Below, in pieces: positions 8,101 through 15,466 of a stretch of DNA of 32,000 nucleotides. Source of the stretch: Acidobacteriota bacterium. Its GTDB lineage: Bacteria; Acidobacteriota; Vicinamibacteria; Vicinamibacterales; JAKQTR01. Within the stretch, counting starts at the first letter, position 1; the number at the start of each line of letters is the position of its first letter. Made by a program: the position numbers and the translations under genes. Under the pieces are notes generated by a model. That model saw nothing but the letters and a program-made list of their open reading frames with translations, did not search any database and had not been told where the DNA came from. The stretch spans positions 242,149-274,148 of the forward strand of contig JAPKZO010000005.1 in NCBI GenBank assembly GCA_026393755.1. The letters are read 5' to 3'.

Positions 8101-8678
8101 GCCTCGGCACCGACGAAGGTGATGTCGTCGTCGGAGAACAGGTAGCGGTAACCGTCCGCGCGTGGCGCCCCCTTCAACAGCTCCAAATGGCGTTTGGCCG
8201 AAGAACCGGTGCGCAACGCCGCGTCCACTCCCTTGAACTCCCCCATCACCTGCTGGACTAATCTGTTGACCTTGCTGAATCTGGCCGCATCCAGGCGCTC
8301 CCGGACAAGGCTTTCGAACGCGTCGGCGCCACCGGCGTACTTCGCACCGGCCTTCTTGAGGATCGCCACCACGCCGTCTTCCTCTTCCCTGGTGCCACGG
8401 CTCAAATCAACGGATCTCAAGACGCGCTCGACCGTGGCCGCGTCCGCCTGGCCGCTGGTCGCCCACGCGCCGAGCAGCGTCTCTGTGATGGCACTTGTGT
8501 CTTTGGGCGGAATCTGCGCAACTGGCGCGTCGTCGGCCCGGGCCGGCGCGGCGACACGCTCGGGCAGGCTGTTCGAGCTACGCAGGGCGTCGAGAATCGG
8601 TTCGTGCTGGGCGAATGCGGCTGTGGCGATCGAGAGAATTGAGATCCCGAATGCGGCAACAATCGACCTGCGCACCAT
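2151..8678 (-). CDS. Giant secreted multidomain protein (~2,175 aa) of unknown function
   Basis: One uninterrupted ORF. The preferred start is ATG 8678, with GGGAGA ~7 nt upstream; the track start at 8714 is less likely. Signal peptide MVRRSIVAAFGISILSIATAAFA/QH. Domain order in nt: helical-looking region with no motif I recognise (~8600-5615); Pro-rich linker PKPPPPKPLANVKPQTPAPTPSPTP (~5610-5510); beta-rich domain (~5510-4925); four Ig-like ~90-110-aa repeats (~4920-3770); Ala/Gln coiled segment; two further beta-rich domains separated by Pro/Ala linkers; ~90-aa C-terminal module. Confidence 0.85.
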   Translation of the reverse strand: MVRRSIVAAFGISILSIATAAFAQHEPILDALRSSNSLPERVAAPARADDAPVAQIPPKDTSAITETLLGAWATSGQADAATVERVLRSVDLSRGTREEEDGVVAILKKAGAKYAGGADAFESLVRERLDAARFSKVNRLVQQVMGEFKGVDAALRTGSSAKRHLELLKGAPRADGYRYLFSDDDITFVGAEAVSASARLNELIRGEGLGGAKVKGFDLSHLKELGGLDLLGLELMESEKFLGEAGLGGIKAETLTKGVVIAEKGKPGLLAEPLKDFVDARKSSLLATMFDEKGFVEAVRKYGALTMVGSCERQIVDVHGGWDKLSDPDKVKYVLREQMALNESGALRTVGKQDQVFIDDQIRELKKLRGTANLHLTGKDLDWLVSLRRTNVRFAFMEIPYKMTPILRAARAAGRSLAGNPEVRKAMDELATGFALMRRNALALTEEEILENLRIIAGGDQALYQTLSTSFYQADDMIEAVDQWVKGGGTRESWLKMLLEQPSAKQRAAMTEARKSLMQGKPEEKGLAAMERLFANPQGDGFLVKLIQNPRGIKFLSQAMVVAGGVAFLDGMATRHDQGKLGNDLSDAAFFLLDFPPGGMGIKQAFTVGLDKQAALLFVKDALYLTPAWPLMLGSDVLTMTVELTSAVTTGLRLKTEQEGLVEILVYGGEFDDSGDRPSFLRLKLPRGRVVEKEDLSTFYLTTKAVVVDHPVTGLAYRINDLSRVTSDVLDSVYVANDPVIEQLRQAAATQLEAITKHEMWRPGNPWNLAAGQYLAWAAGFDLVCRNSPDKWCKVYDHLLKTSVEKRRAYLASEVMTPQLIQAAEDMRGKLDASKALKPKLDAVQKKLIAVGGRPLQDREGGPILLSAKVQIAADQSGAGESGATRKAVVAGRYWQEALKTYVRIYDEHKNIQASVLQKTGFEWSKVLQFPFSGDYKDDARRADQSRLGFAADITLVSGDLLKLKGSAPDPADPVDKKAFALLGGVVFPWRGILDGYDLAQPKEGSAFFAEYAKALAAAKLLYGLPKPPPPKPLANVKPQTPAPTPSPTPVQDQPADSSVITFGGTVPGIWDGGNNPRGFDFKRQNAKTTGTGDCKWNAEVQSDISGRIDSSGSADTPEEITKRINDVVASSKARWGATAAVRPFAIGDFKGQFVDTSVVFLPGGWSDGGFRADAVIAGGRGWLIKGRHTVEVAYSVSGSGCWTNVDQAFLMSQASAAQADAKSIVASLTLVEKGSFTKVPYTGPKLDGSDMPKVTLSPPALETLKVGDTVKVSVVVENAKPEDRPFRYGWAGDIEGKPGTSTGSATITIRPKKPGRYPLSVSVDGARYTLGSASLEYEVADLKAEITQQSPATRSVAVGASVTFSARLVSSGVPITGSYIYRWQPTPEVAFQPGEGPATQTKAVFSRPGVTKVWVQILEKKGTVLTTLAESNQLEIEVVNPEITLRMVPAEPYPGQQVRITASETPAVGDAFITYWWEYAGSVLNPGAEANPRVYSFIPKDKTPVTVTAHAKAKDGGDDLGTKAVVVSARPHNVKVTGPTSRGPKPQVWSAQAGRLVDEEQQIAVFQDVSMRADVTPAPVNLPLHYQWTASPESCSISNAISQEPTFNCSQTGSVAAVVTVHDNLGATLGTGTGTISVSISQASLRKSQAQADAAKQAAQQATLAAERKAAAAKQEQASTPVAVVPAPTGTNVVVFKITNIGGFSTSPSAPTQFTISRPHVISYVFTYHWNDGNGSARTGTIALRHANGAVFGPWAATGTPGQGGVPNAGWEVRPNVVIPAGTYTIVDSSPSTWAQNSESGGRGHTIVEGHAVTASASPTPMVTAPPDPPVAPAPAPDRPAPASPASKLPISESAVVKPPAPASPASKLPVAAAPAVPDRVPATGAWVLEKTEFVVEKVDAEYLQKWRPVETGVDGAGSVESTFGHPDPKVNAVRVRMKVEWTSPPRVLIPGKEINFRIVVSDAGSDDVRGLGVGGIGSIGANYPSRSAVWYGPSAGFNLKLGERSKEASKAYTPMQASPGDTMYFAAEFGVFARRQTFYYIYKFTLDASKAPAPVSTSSAPSAIRPASSPAAPAVTPPPPSAEGRGVATWSVSFNGWPGIMELTDRGGAYQGRFNLGGSGWEPMLDLRLEGSAISFRRTQGDQRYVGVISGSAMRGTFSQGGAGSYPWTATKK

Positions 8679-8752
8679 GTATATTCTCCCGACGCCACCG
8701 CGGTCTCGAGCCACGTGATGGTCACGCGGTTCACGAGCGCACGCCCGGCCGG

Positions 8753-8781
8753 AGTATATGCGGGCGAGTGAGCCGATACAA
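8753..8781 (-). promoter_or_regulatory. Weak candidate promoter for the giant gene
   Basis: On the minus strand: TTGTAT (rc 8776-8781), 17 nt, TATACT (rc 8753-8758). The site is ~75 nt upstream of ATG 8678. The -35 is poor. Confidence 0.25.
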
Positions 8782-8802
8782 TCAGGCCGAGGCCGTCGCG
8801 TG

Positions 8803-11800
8803 TCAGCGCTTCGCCGGCTCCCGGCTCGCGTCCTTCTTCAAGTAGGGCACCCCGTCGCTCAGCCACTCCGGCGCCGGTGCGCCCTTCAAGTAATGGTCGA
8901 AGAATTCCATGAACCGCACCGTCAGGTCTTTCTGGTTCGCCACGCCGCCGAGGTGGTGCCCCTCGCCAGGGTAGGCCAGCAGCACCGCCTTCTTCCCGTT
9001 GTAACGGAGGGCGTTGTAGAACGCGAGACCGTTGATGAAGCCGACGGTCGGGTCGGATGTGCCGTGCATGATCAGGAACGGCGCGACCGCTTTCGGCGCC
9101 CACGTGAGCGCCGACTCGTTGTGATACCGGTCGGGCTGGTCCCACGGCGAGAAGCCCCAGCGCCCCTGGTCATAGAGGTAGTACCGGAACGCCGTGTCGC
9201 CGCTGCCACCCTGAGCCGCATACGACCAGCCCCAATTCATGTTGAAGTCATTGTAGAGATCGACCACGCCCGCGCCCATGCCGATGGCGGCGAACATCTT
9301 CGACATCGTGCCGACGTAGGCCGCGCCCTCGCCGCCGTAGCTGTGGCCAGTGACGCCGATGCGTTTCGGGTCGGCGTAGCCCATCTCGATGACCTTGCGC
9401 GTGGCCGCCTCGACGCATTCCAGCATGTCGCTGTGCGACGAGCCCGTGCGGAAGTGGACGTCCGGCATCATCGTCAGGTAGCCGTCGCTGGTCGCCTGCG
9501 TGGGCATTCGGCCCATGCTGACCATGTACACCGGCGGCGTGTAGACGTGCATGTTCTGCGAGTTCTTCTCGTAGAACGTGACGATCATCGGCCGTTTCTC
9601 GCCCGGCTTGTAGTCGTCGGGCACCGCCAGGATGCCCTGCAGCCGCACGCCGTCCTTGTTCTTGAAGTCGAAGAGCAAGCGGTGCCCCCACAGGAAGTCC
9701 TTCTGCTGGGGATTGGCGTCGGTGATCTTCTTTGAATCGGCAAAGCCCGGGCCCGAGACCCGCAGGTCGGGGAACTCGACGAAGGTCTGCCGCGTGAACA
9801 GGAACCGATCGGCCTTGCGCGCCTTGACCGGTGTGCTGAACGACGCGTCCTCGTAGACGAGCTCCTTCATCTGCCCGCCACCCAGTTCGTAGAAGCCCGC
9901 CTTCTTCGTCCATTGGCCGTAGGCCGACAGAGTCACTGGTTTGGTGAGGTCGAACGTCCCGCGGGGACCGACGGCGCGAGCGACGCTCGGGTCCAGCTGC
10001 TCGGTCCGGACGAGGCGGAAACGCATCTCGTTCTTGCTGCCGAGGCCGCCCGTCAGATTCGTGGGCGCCGAGCCGTCGAGCGGGAGCAGCCACAGGTCGT
10101 AGAGGTGATTGACGATCACCGCCTTGCCGTCGCTGGTGAAGCCGGCGATGCCGAACGACGGCCTGGTTCCCGGGTGGTCATCTTCCGTGTCGATGAAGCT
10201 GACCGGCGTCGCCCCGCCGAGCGTCCTGGTGGCGTTGGCGTTGAGGTCATAGGTCTGGAACCTGTTGTCCTTCCAGTAGAGGAAGTGCGTACCGTGAGGC
10301 GAGATGCCAAAGACGTGGCGGCCTGTCAATTGTCCCTGTGCGATCAACGTCCGTTCGCCGGTGGCGGTGTTCACGCGGTAGAAGTCGGCGGCCGGCAGCT
10401 TCTTCTGGTCGGCGAGGTAGGCGCGCGTGTCGCGCCCGACCGCCCACTTGCCGTCCGGCGCGACGTCGAGATCTCTCATCGTGTCGTCGGTGAGCCTGAT
10501 AAACCGTTTCGCCCCCACGTCGAACGCCTGGCGGAAGGTGAAGTTCCGGTCCTGCGTCGCGCGGATCAGCTGCAGGGATTGCACCCGATCGTCCGAGGTG
10601 TTCCACACGTCCACGTCAGCCGCCTCGTCGGTCGTCCGACGCGTGGTATCCGGTGCGGAAACCTGCTCCTTGATCCCGAAGAAGACGCGCGTGTTGTCCT
10701 CGCTCCAGGCCAGTGCCGCGCGGTCGCTTACGACCCAGCCCTTGGGGAAGCTGTCGGTCTTGGCCGGCTGGAGCACGGCTGGCGCCGCCACAGAGGCGCC
10801 GTCCTTCAACGCCCCAACGACGTCCGGAAACGCGATGAGCACGTTGTCGCGCTCGCGCATCTTCTCGACATCGCTCCCCTTGAGCACGGCGAGAGCATTG
10901 CCGTCCTCGTTCCAGGTAAGCCGGTTGTAGTTCTTCGCGTCGCTGTCGAGCGTGGTCGTCCGTCCGGTGCGGGTGTCGAAGACGACGAGGCCGTTGACGT
11001 CTTTCACAGCCGCGTCCACGGTGTAGGCGAGCAGTTCGCCCGTGCGGTTGAACGCGATGTCGGCCACGCTGCCGAGCAATTGCTGACGCCCCGTCCTGAG
11101 GTCCAGCAAGATGGCATCGACGCCGCGCGCTCCTGCCGGCGCGCCCGCGGCTCCGGCGGCCTGTCCCGCCCCGGTGGGCGGCTGCCCGCCCGGCGCTCCC
11201 CCGCCACCACGCCCGCCCGCAGCCGGCGCGGCCTCGCCGCCGCGTCGGCGGAGATAGAGGTGAGTCGACGTGGCCGAGAAGGCAAACGTCCCGATGTCCT
11301 GCCACGATCGCACTTCGGCGGTCGCCAGGTTGCGCACCTCGACGCGCCGGGGTGGGATGGGCGGCGCCGCGCCCCCCCTGCCCTGCCCTGAGCCTGTCGA
11401 AGGGCCCTGCCCTGAGCCCGTCGAAGGGCCCTGCCCTGAGCCTGTCGAAGGGGCGCCCTGGCCCGACTGCGTTCCGCCCTGTCCGGAGGGTGCGGTCTGG
11501 GACTGACCGGCGTCGGCTGGAGCAGCGCCTCCTCCGGAACCGCCACGACCGCCGCGGCCTCGCTGAGCGGCGCCAGGGTCCACCTGGTAGGCAATCCACC
11601 TGGAATCCGGGGAGAACGTGCCGTCCATGGCGTCAGCCACGGTCACCTCCACGCTGGTCTCGAGGTTCAGCAGATGCAGGACCGGCTTGGCCTCGGCCGC
11701 GACGACGTTGGTCGTCTGCAGGGCGTAGGCAACCCACTTCCCGTCCCCCGAGATTGCCTGGCGCTCGATGCTGCGCCACTTGGTGTAGTCATCGATCGTC

Positions 11801-11928
11801 ATCGCTTTCTTCGCCGGGGCTTGCGCCCCCGGCAGAGCGTAGGCGGCAACCAGCAGGCCCGCCAGCAGAAGGACGAAGACGGTGAGGTGGCGGGATGACG
11901 GTGGGCGCTTCAGAGCGGTCATGTTCAT
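8803..11928 (-). CDS. S9-family serine peptidase (prolyl oligopeptidase/dipeptidyl-peptidase type): N-terminal beta-propeller plus C-terminal alpha/beta-hydrolase
   Basis: Catalytic-triad motifs GVTGHSYGGEGAAY (GxSxGG), IMHGTSDPTV and YPGEGHHL. Propeller-type strands ISGDGKWVAYAL and FSPDSRWIAYQV. Start ATG 11928 with AAGGA 6 nt upstream gives the signal peptide MNMTALKRPPSSRHLTVFVLLLAGLLVAAYA. Two Gly/Ser/Gln/Ala low-complexity inserts. Confidence 0.9.
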   Translation of the reverse strand: MNMTALKRPPSSRHLTVFVLLLAGLLVAAYALPGAQAPAKKAMTIDDYTKWRSIERQAISGDGKWVAYALQTTNVVAAEAKPVLHLLNLETSVEVTVADAMDGTFSPDSRWIAYQVDPGAAQRGRGGRGGSGGGAAPADAGQSQTAPSGQGGTQSGQGAPSTGSGQGPSTGSGQGPSTGSGQGRGGAAPPIPPRRVEVRNLATAEVRSWQDIGTFAFSATSTHLYLRRRGGEAAPAAGGRGGGGAPGGQPPTGAGQAAGAAGAPAGARGVDAILLDLRTGRQQLLGSVADIAFNRTGELLAYTVDAAVKDVNGLVVFDTRTGRTTTLDSDAKNYNRLTWNEDGNALAVLKGSDVEKMRERDNVLIAFPDVVGALKDGASVAAPAVLQPAKTDSFPKGWVVSDRAALAWSEDNTRVFFGIKEQVSAPDTTRRTTDEAADVDVWNTSDDRVQSLQLIRATQDRNFTFRQAFDVGAKRFIRLTDDTMRDLDVAPDGKWAVGRDTRAYLADQKKLPAADFYRVNTATGERTLIAQGQLTGRHVFGISPHGTHFLYWKDNRFQTYDLNANATRTLGGATPVSFIDTEDDHPGTRPSFGIAGFTSDGKAVIVNHLYDLWLLPLDGSAPTNLTGGLGSKNEMRFRLVRTEQLDPSVARAVGPRGTFDLTKPVTLSAYGQWTKKAGFYELGGGQMKELVYEDASFSTPVKARKADRFLFTRQTFVEFPDLRVSGPGFADSKKITDANPQQKDFLWGHRLLFDFKNKDGVRLQGILAVPDDYKPGEKRPMIVTFYEKNSQNMHVYTPPVYMVSMGRMPTQATSDGYLTMMPDVHFRTGSSHSDMLECVEAATRKVIEMGYADPKRIGVTGHSYGGEGAAYVGTMSKMFAAIGMGAGVVDLYNDFNMNWGWSYAAQGGSGDTAFRYYLYDQGRWGFSPWDQPDRYHNESALTWAPKAVAPFLIMHGTSDPTVGFINGLAFYNALRYNGKKAVLLAYPGEGHHLGGVANQKDLTVRFMEFFDHYLKGAPAPEWLSDGVPYLKKDASREPAKR
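11381..11452. repeat. Three tandem 24-nt units inside the S9 peptidase gene, encoding GPSTGSGQ x3
   Basis: CCCTGCCCTGAGCC(T/C)GTCGAAGGG occurs at 11381-11404, 11405-11428 and 11429-11452. The 21-mer GCCCTGAGCCCGTCGAAGGGC (11409-11429) is identical to intergenic 30303-30323. Confidence 0.85.
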
Positions 11929-12060
11929 ATGCGTTCCTTCAGGCGGCCGTCCGGGGCAACCACGCGCCGACGGCATGGGTCGCCGTGCATTCTACAGCGA
12001 GGAGCAGTGTGGCGTGGCTGCGCAATTGGCTGATGCTGCCCGCGGCCAGCTTCGGCCGGA

Positions 12061-12147
12061 TTCGCGGTGACCGGTCATTGGGGCAGGCGGCGGCGATCTC
12101 AGGTCACTGGGAAGGGTGGTCGTGATCACCGGCCATGCCGGCTCGAG
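12061..12147. repeat. Three degenerate 29-nt tandem units with a GTGATCACCGGTCACTGG-type core
   Basis: Units are 12061-12089, 12090-12118 and 12119-12147. The third unit begins GTCGTGATCACCGG, like the units at 31282-31447. The period is not a multiple of 3. Confidence 0.7.
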
Positions 12148-12162
12148 CCGATCGAGTATCTG

Positions 12163-12229
12163 TTCAGCCCGAAAGTGTGACCCATGTCTCCGCCGGAATG
12201 ATCTGTTACCTATGTCTCCGGAATAGATG
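12163..12229. repeat. Dispersed repeat modules: GTGACCCATGTCTCCG plus AATGATCTGTTACCTATGTCTCCGGAATAGA
   Basis: Near-identical to 20993-21049, with partial matches at 268-305, 23541-23620 and 30125-30153. Confidence 0.8.
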
Positions 12230-12275
12230 TCGCTGTCAGAAACTCGGTACTTATTGTGGTTGTGGCACTTGTGGA

Positions 12276-12638
12276 CCGAGACTGATCATCCGGGATCGCG
12301 ACGGCATCGACGGACCTGAAGTTCAGACGACGATTCGGGCTAGGGGCATCGAAGAAGTCGTGGTCGCGCCTTGTGCACCCTGGCAGAGCCTGTTGGTGGA
12401 ACGCGCGATCGGCTCACTGCGGCACGAATGCCTCGACCACCTCATCGTCTGGACCGAGCGCTCGTTGCGCCGCCACCTCCGTCAGTACCTCGCCACGAAC
12501 ACAAGTGGCGAGCGCACCTCCCGGTGGTCAGGGACGCGCCTGTCCCTCGGGGCGGCGCAACCGCCGACCTGCGGCACCATCGTGCAAGTCCCGCAATTCG
12601 TCGGCCTACATCATCACCACGAACGTCGCGCCGCCTGA
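12276..12638 (+). pseudogene. 5'-truncated, frameshifted remnant of an rve (integrase-core) transposase
   Basis: LIIRDRDGIDG...VVVAPCAPWQSLLVERAIGSLRHECLDHLIVWTERSLRRHL...GTIVQVPQFVGLHHHHERRAA matches the C-terminal third of rve transposases (RDRD..YG, SPWQN..VER.IGS.RRECLDH, GGLHH.YERRAA). The middle part (HEHKWRAHLPVVRDAPVPR) is readable only in another frame, so there are two frameshifts. The HTH and the first two catalytic Asp regions are absent. Confidence 0.7.
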
Positions 12639-12833
12639 CGCTCGCTCTCGGCGCCATCGACAGCTCACCGCCAGCCGGCGTGGTTCGTCGTGGTATGCCC
12701 ATCTCGGATGGCTGTTGTCCCGGACGCGGCCAGCACCCCGCAGCAGGAGTTCCTCGATCCGCGTGACGGCGCCTTGATCACGCCTCCGGGAGTTCATTGC
12801 CGTGCCGACGGAGTTTCTGGTAGGGACAGGTGT

Positions 12834-13547
12834 CTAGCGCGCATAGCTCGGGCGTCTGAAGAAGACCCACAACGAGAGGACGGCGAGAAAGACCGCGGGC
12901 AGCGGCGTAAAATAGATCATGCTGGGGATCTTCCAGCCGCCGCTGATCTGCAGCCATCCCAGGGCGGCAACGCAGCAGCCCATGACCACCAAGAGCACAA
13001 CCACGAGGCGCTTTCGTCCATCCCGCCAGAGCGAGCCCAGATCGGGGAAGAGCATCGGAACGAACAGATAGAAACCGGTGAGGCCGGCGATGTAGATGAG
13101 GGCTCGCTCGGGGCGGGGCAGGATGCTCTCGATGCCGCCCAGGTGTTGGATGGCGAGGATGAGCAAGCCGCCAACGAAGCCCGCGAGTTGGATCAGCAAT
13201 GGTGTGAGAAAGCGTGCCCAGCCAACGGTCCGACGCCGGGTGGGAAGGACGAGGAGCAAGCGCAGACGCCTTTCGCTGACCTCGTTGGCGTTGATCGTGA
13301 TCCCGATGAACATGGACGCGGAAACGAATAGGACCGCCGCCATCAGAAAGAAGACGGTGTCTTGTTGACGATCGACGAGGATGACGACGGCTTGGATGAG
13401 AGCTGCAAGCACCAGTGCGGTGCCGTAGGAGGTCAGCATCATCCTGCGGTTGTAGCGCAGGGTCATTCCGATCAGCGCCCGCACCGAGACAGTCGTTTCG
13501 CTGGCTGCAGAGACGGGGTGTGCGCGAGGTTCGGGTTGGTCGTTCAT
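12834..13547 (-). CDS. Polytopic membrane protein, putative permease partner of the ABC ATPase (~237 aa)
   Basis: Last gene of the gntR-ABC operon, with about six hydrophobic segments. The preferred start is ATG 13547, with GAGGA 4-5 nt upstream and 9 nt after the upstream stop. The track start 13604 is less likely. Confidence 0.7.
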   Translation of the reverse strand: MNDQPEPRAHPVSAASETTVSVRALIGMTLRYNRRMMLTSYGTALVLAALIQAVVILVDRQQDTVFFLMAAVLFVSASMFIGITINANEVSERRLRLLLVLPTRRRTVGWARFLTPLLIQLAGFVGGLLILAIQHLGGIESILPRPERALIYIAGLTGFYLFVPMLFPDLGSLWRDGRKRLVVVLLVVMGCCVAALGWLQISGGWKIPSMIYFTPLPAVFLAVLSLWVFFRRPSYAR

Positions 13548-13555
13548 GGCGTCCT

Positions 13556-14185
13556 CTAGCCAACCAGGCTGATGCGACGTTGGTACAGCACCGAGGAGAG
13601 ACAAGTGAGCGCAGCGCCGGTGGCGACCGCGAGCAAAGCCGCCACGGGGCGGGCAAGAAGCCCGGAGAGGTTGGCGGCAAGCGGAATGGCGAAGCCGGCG
13701 CCGACCGCGCCGATAGCCACCAGCGCGTCGCCCCGTCGCGCTTCCGCGTGGGCGACCTTGATCTCGGTGACGAGCGCCACCAATGGGACGAACGGCGCGA
13801 GCTGGGCAGCGAAGGCGACGGGCGCGAAGACGCGGTCGACATCAAGCCGTTGTCCCAGGGCGAGAAAGCCCAGCGTAGTGCCGGAAACTGCCACGGCCGT
13901 ACCGACTACGAACATGGTCATCGGCGTCAGGGCGCGGGCTCGCGCCACGTCTCGGCGGCCAATCGCGAGCAGCGGTGCGAGCAGGCTGCGATGATCACGG
14001 CGTTCGAGATCGGGGAGCAGCCCGGCGACGCTGGCGGAGGCGACGACCAGGGAAAGCCCCAGAGTGAGCGGGAACTTGTCCTTCTCGGAAAGGGCAACCT
14101 GGAATGCCGTAAAGAGCGCCAGCACCCAGCCGAGCGCCACCATCCACCAGCGATAGCGGAGGGTCGTGCTAACGAGCCGCCACAT
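13556..14185 (-). CDS. Polytopic membrane protein, putative permease partner of the ABC ATPase (209 aa)
   Basis: Its start overlaps the ATPase 3' end by 17 nt. About six hydrophobic segments. No soluble domain recognisable. Confidence 0.7.
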   Translation of the reverse strand: MWRLVSTTLRYRWWMVALGWVLALFTAFQVALSEKDKFPLTLGLSLVVASASVAGLLPDLERRDHRSLLAPLLAIGRRDVARARALTPMTMFVVGTAVAVSGTTLGFLALGQRLDVDRVFAPVAFAAQLAPFVPLVALVTEIKVAHAEARRGDALVAIGAVGAGFAIPLAANLSGLLARPVAALLAVATGAALTCLSSVLYQRRISLVG

Positions 14186-15077
14186 GGGGCGCCCCCCTGC
14201 CTTTGAGGATCTCGACCGCGATCTCGTCGATGCTCATGCGTACGTGTTCGATGGCTTCTGCGCCCAGGCCGCGGAGGGCCTCCAAGGTCGCCTCGTAGTC
14301 GCAGCTGGTGACGCGGTGTTCGAGCCGGACCTGGCGGTGGTCGAGGACGCCTGGCAACGACAGCGTGGCGTCGGCGGCGAGGCGAAAGGAGATCCGTCGC
14401 CACGACTCGACGAGGTCGTCCTTGGCGGTGCGCTGAATGACTTGGCCGTCGGAGAGAAAGACCAGCTCGTCGGCCAGCCGCTCGATGTCGGAAAGCACGT
14501 GGGTCGAGTAGAAGATCGCGTGCTCCCCGTCCTCCTGCAGTTCCCACAGCACGTCGAGCAGCTCGGCGCGGACGATCGGATCGAGGCCGGCGGTCGGCTC
14601 GTCAAGGATCAACAAGTGCGGGGCGTGACCCAAGGCCGCGACGATGGCGAGCTTGGCCTTGTTTCCCTTGGACAGCTCGTTGACCCGCTTGTGCATGGGT
14701 AGGTTGAACCGTTCGGCCATGCCTCGTGCGCGCCGGTCCGACCAGTTGGGCTGGAAGCGCCCGACCAACCGGCGGTTCTCTTCGACCGTCCAGCGCAAAA
14801 AGAAGCCGCTATCCTCGCCGACCACGCCGATGTCCTGGCGCCAGCGCGGGTCGTCGGGGTGGTTAGGGCGGCCGAAGATGGTGATTGCACCTGCCTCCGG
14901 AACGAGCAGGCCGATCAAGCAATGGAGCGTTGTCGTCTTGCCGGCGCCGTTGGGGCCGATCAGTCCGAGCACGACGCCGGGCAGCAGGTCCAGATCGAGC
15001 GGTCCCAGCGAAAAGCCGGGGTAGCGCTTTGTGAGGCCCTGAATCGAGAAGGCGCTGCCGTTGGTGGGAGTATTCAT
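14169..15077 (-). CDS. ABC transporter ATP-binding protein
   Basis: Walker A GPNGAGKTTT, degenerate signature LSKGNKAKL, Walker B LLILDEPTAGLD, and a downstream His (YSTH). ATGA start/stop overlap with the upstream gntR gene. Confidence 0.9.
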   Translation of the reverse strand: MNTPTNGSAFSIQGLTKRYPGFSLGPLDLDLLPGVVLGLIGPNGAGKTTTLHCLIGLLVPEAGAITIFGRPNHPDDPRWRQDIGVVGEDSGFFLRWTVEENRRLVGRFQPNWSDRRARGMAERFNLPMHKRVNELSKGNKAKLAIVAALGHAPHLLILDEPTAGLDPIVRAELLDVLWELQEDGEHAIFYSTHVLSDIERLADELVFLSDGQVIQRTAKDDLVESWRRISFRLAADATLSLPGVLDHRQVRLEHRVTSCDYEATLEALRGLGAEAIEHVRMSIDEIAVEILKGRGAPHVAAR

Positions 15078-15466
15078 TGCTGGCCTCCGTGCTCGTTGCC
15101 GCGCAAGACGCGGTTGAACACAGTCCGCAGTTGTTCATCGCCGAGACCGGTCCGGCGGCTTTCCTCGATGATGGGGGTGATCGCGGTGGTGAAGCGTTCG
15201 AGCGCCACCGCGCGTTTGCGCTTCTCGGGGATGGCCATGACGAAGAACCCCTTTCCGGGGCGAGAGCGGATCAAACCCTCGCGTTCCAGGTCTTCGTACG
15301 CTCGCTGGACCGTGATGACGCTGACCCGTTGGTCGCGGGCCAGCGCGCGAATCGACGGCAGCGGCTCATCGTCGGTGAGGTCGTGTGCCAAGATCCGCGT
15401 GCGGATCTGCCGAGAGATCTGTGCGTGGAGCGGCTCCTGCGAGAGCTCGGAGAGGGTGAGAATCAC
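15074..15466 (-). CDS. GntR-family transcriptional regulator, YtrA-like short subfamily
   Basis: Winged-HTH signature LPSIRALARDQRVSVITVQRAYEDLEREGLIRSRPGKGFFV. The preferred start is GTG 15466, preceded by GGAGGAGG ~7 nt upstream, giving ~130 aa as in YtrA-type regulators. The ATG at 15568 is an alternative. Confidence 0.85.
   Translation of the reverse strand: MILTLSELSQEPLHAQISRQIRTRILAHDLTDDEPLPSIRALARDQRVSVITVQRAYEDLEREGLIRSRPGKGFFVMAIPEKRKRAVALERFTTAITPIIEESRRTGLGDEQLRTVFNRVLRGNEHGGQQ

Noticed and set aside
8110-8171. A Pol-beta nucleotidyltransferase-like motif in the giant protein: G-x12-DDD in KGAPRADGYRYLFSDDDITF.
   Set aside because: It is a single short pattern without the hG[GS] context or a recognisable downstream third acidic residue or helical partner. 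It is too weak to call by eye and is left for HHpred or structure prediction.
12690-13331. Plus-strand ORFs at 12690-13331 and 13415-14206, and nested minus-strand ORFs inside the ABC membrane genes.
   Set aside because: They are hydrophilic, low-complexity translations antisense or out of frame to clearly hydrophobic polytopic membrane ORFs that are operon-coupled to the ATPase.
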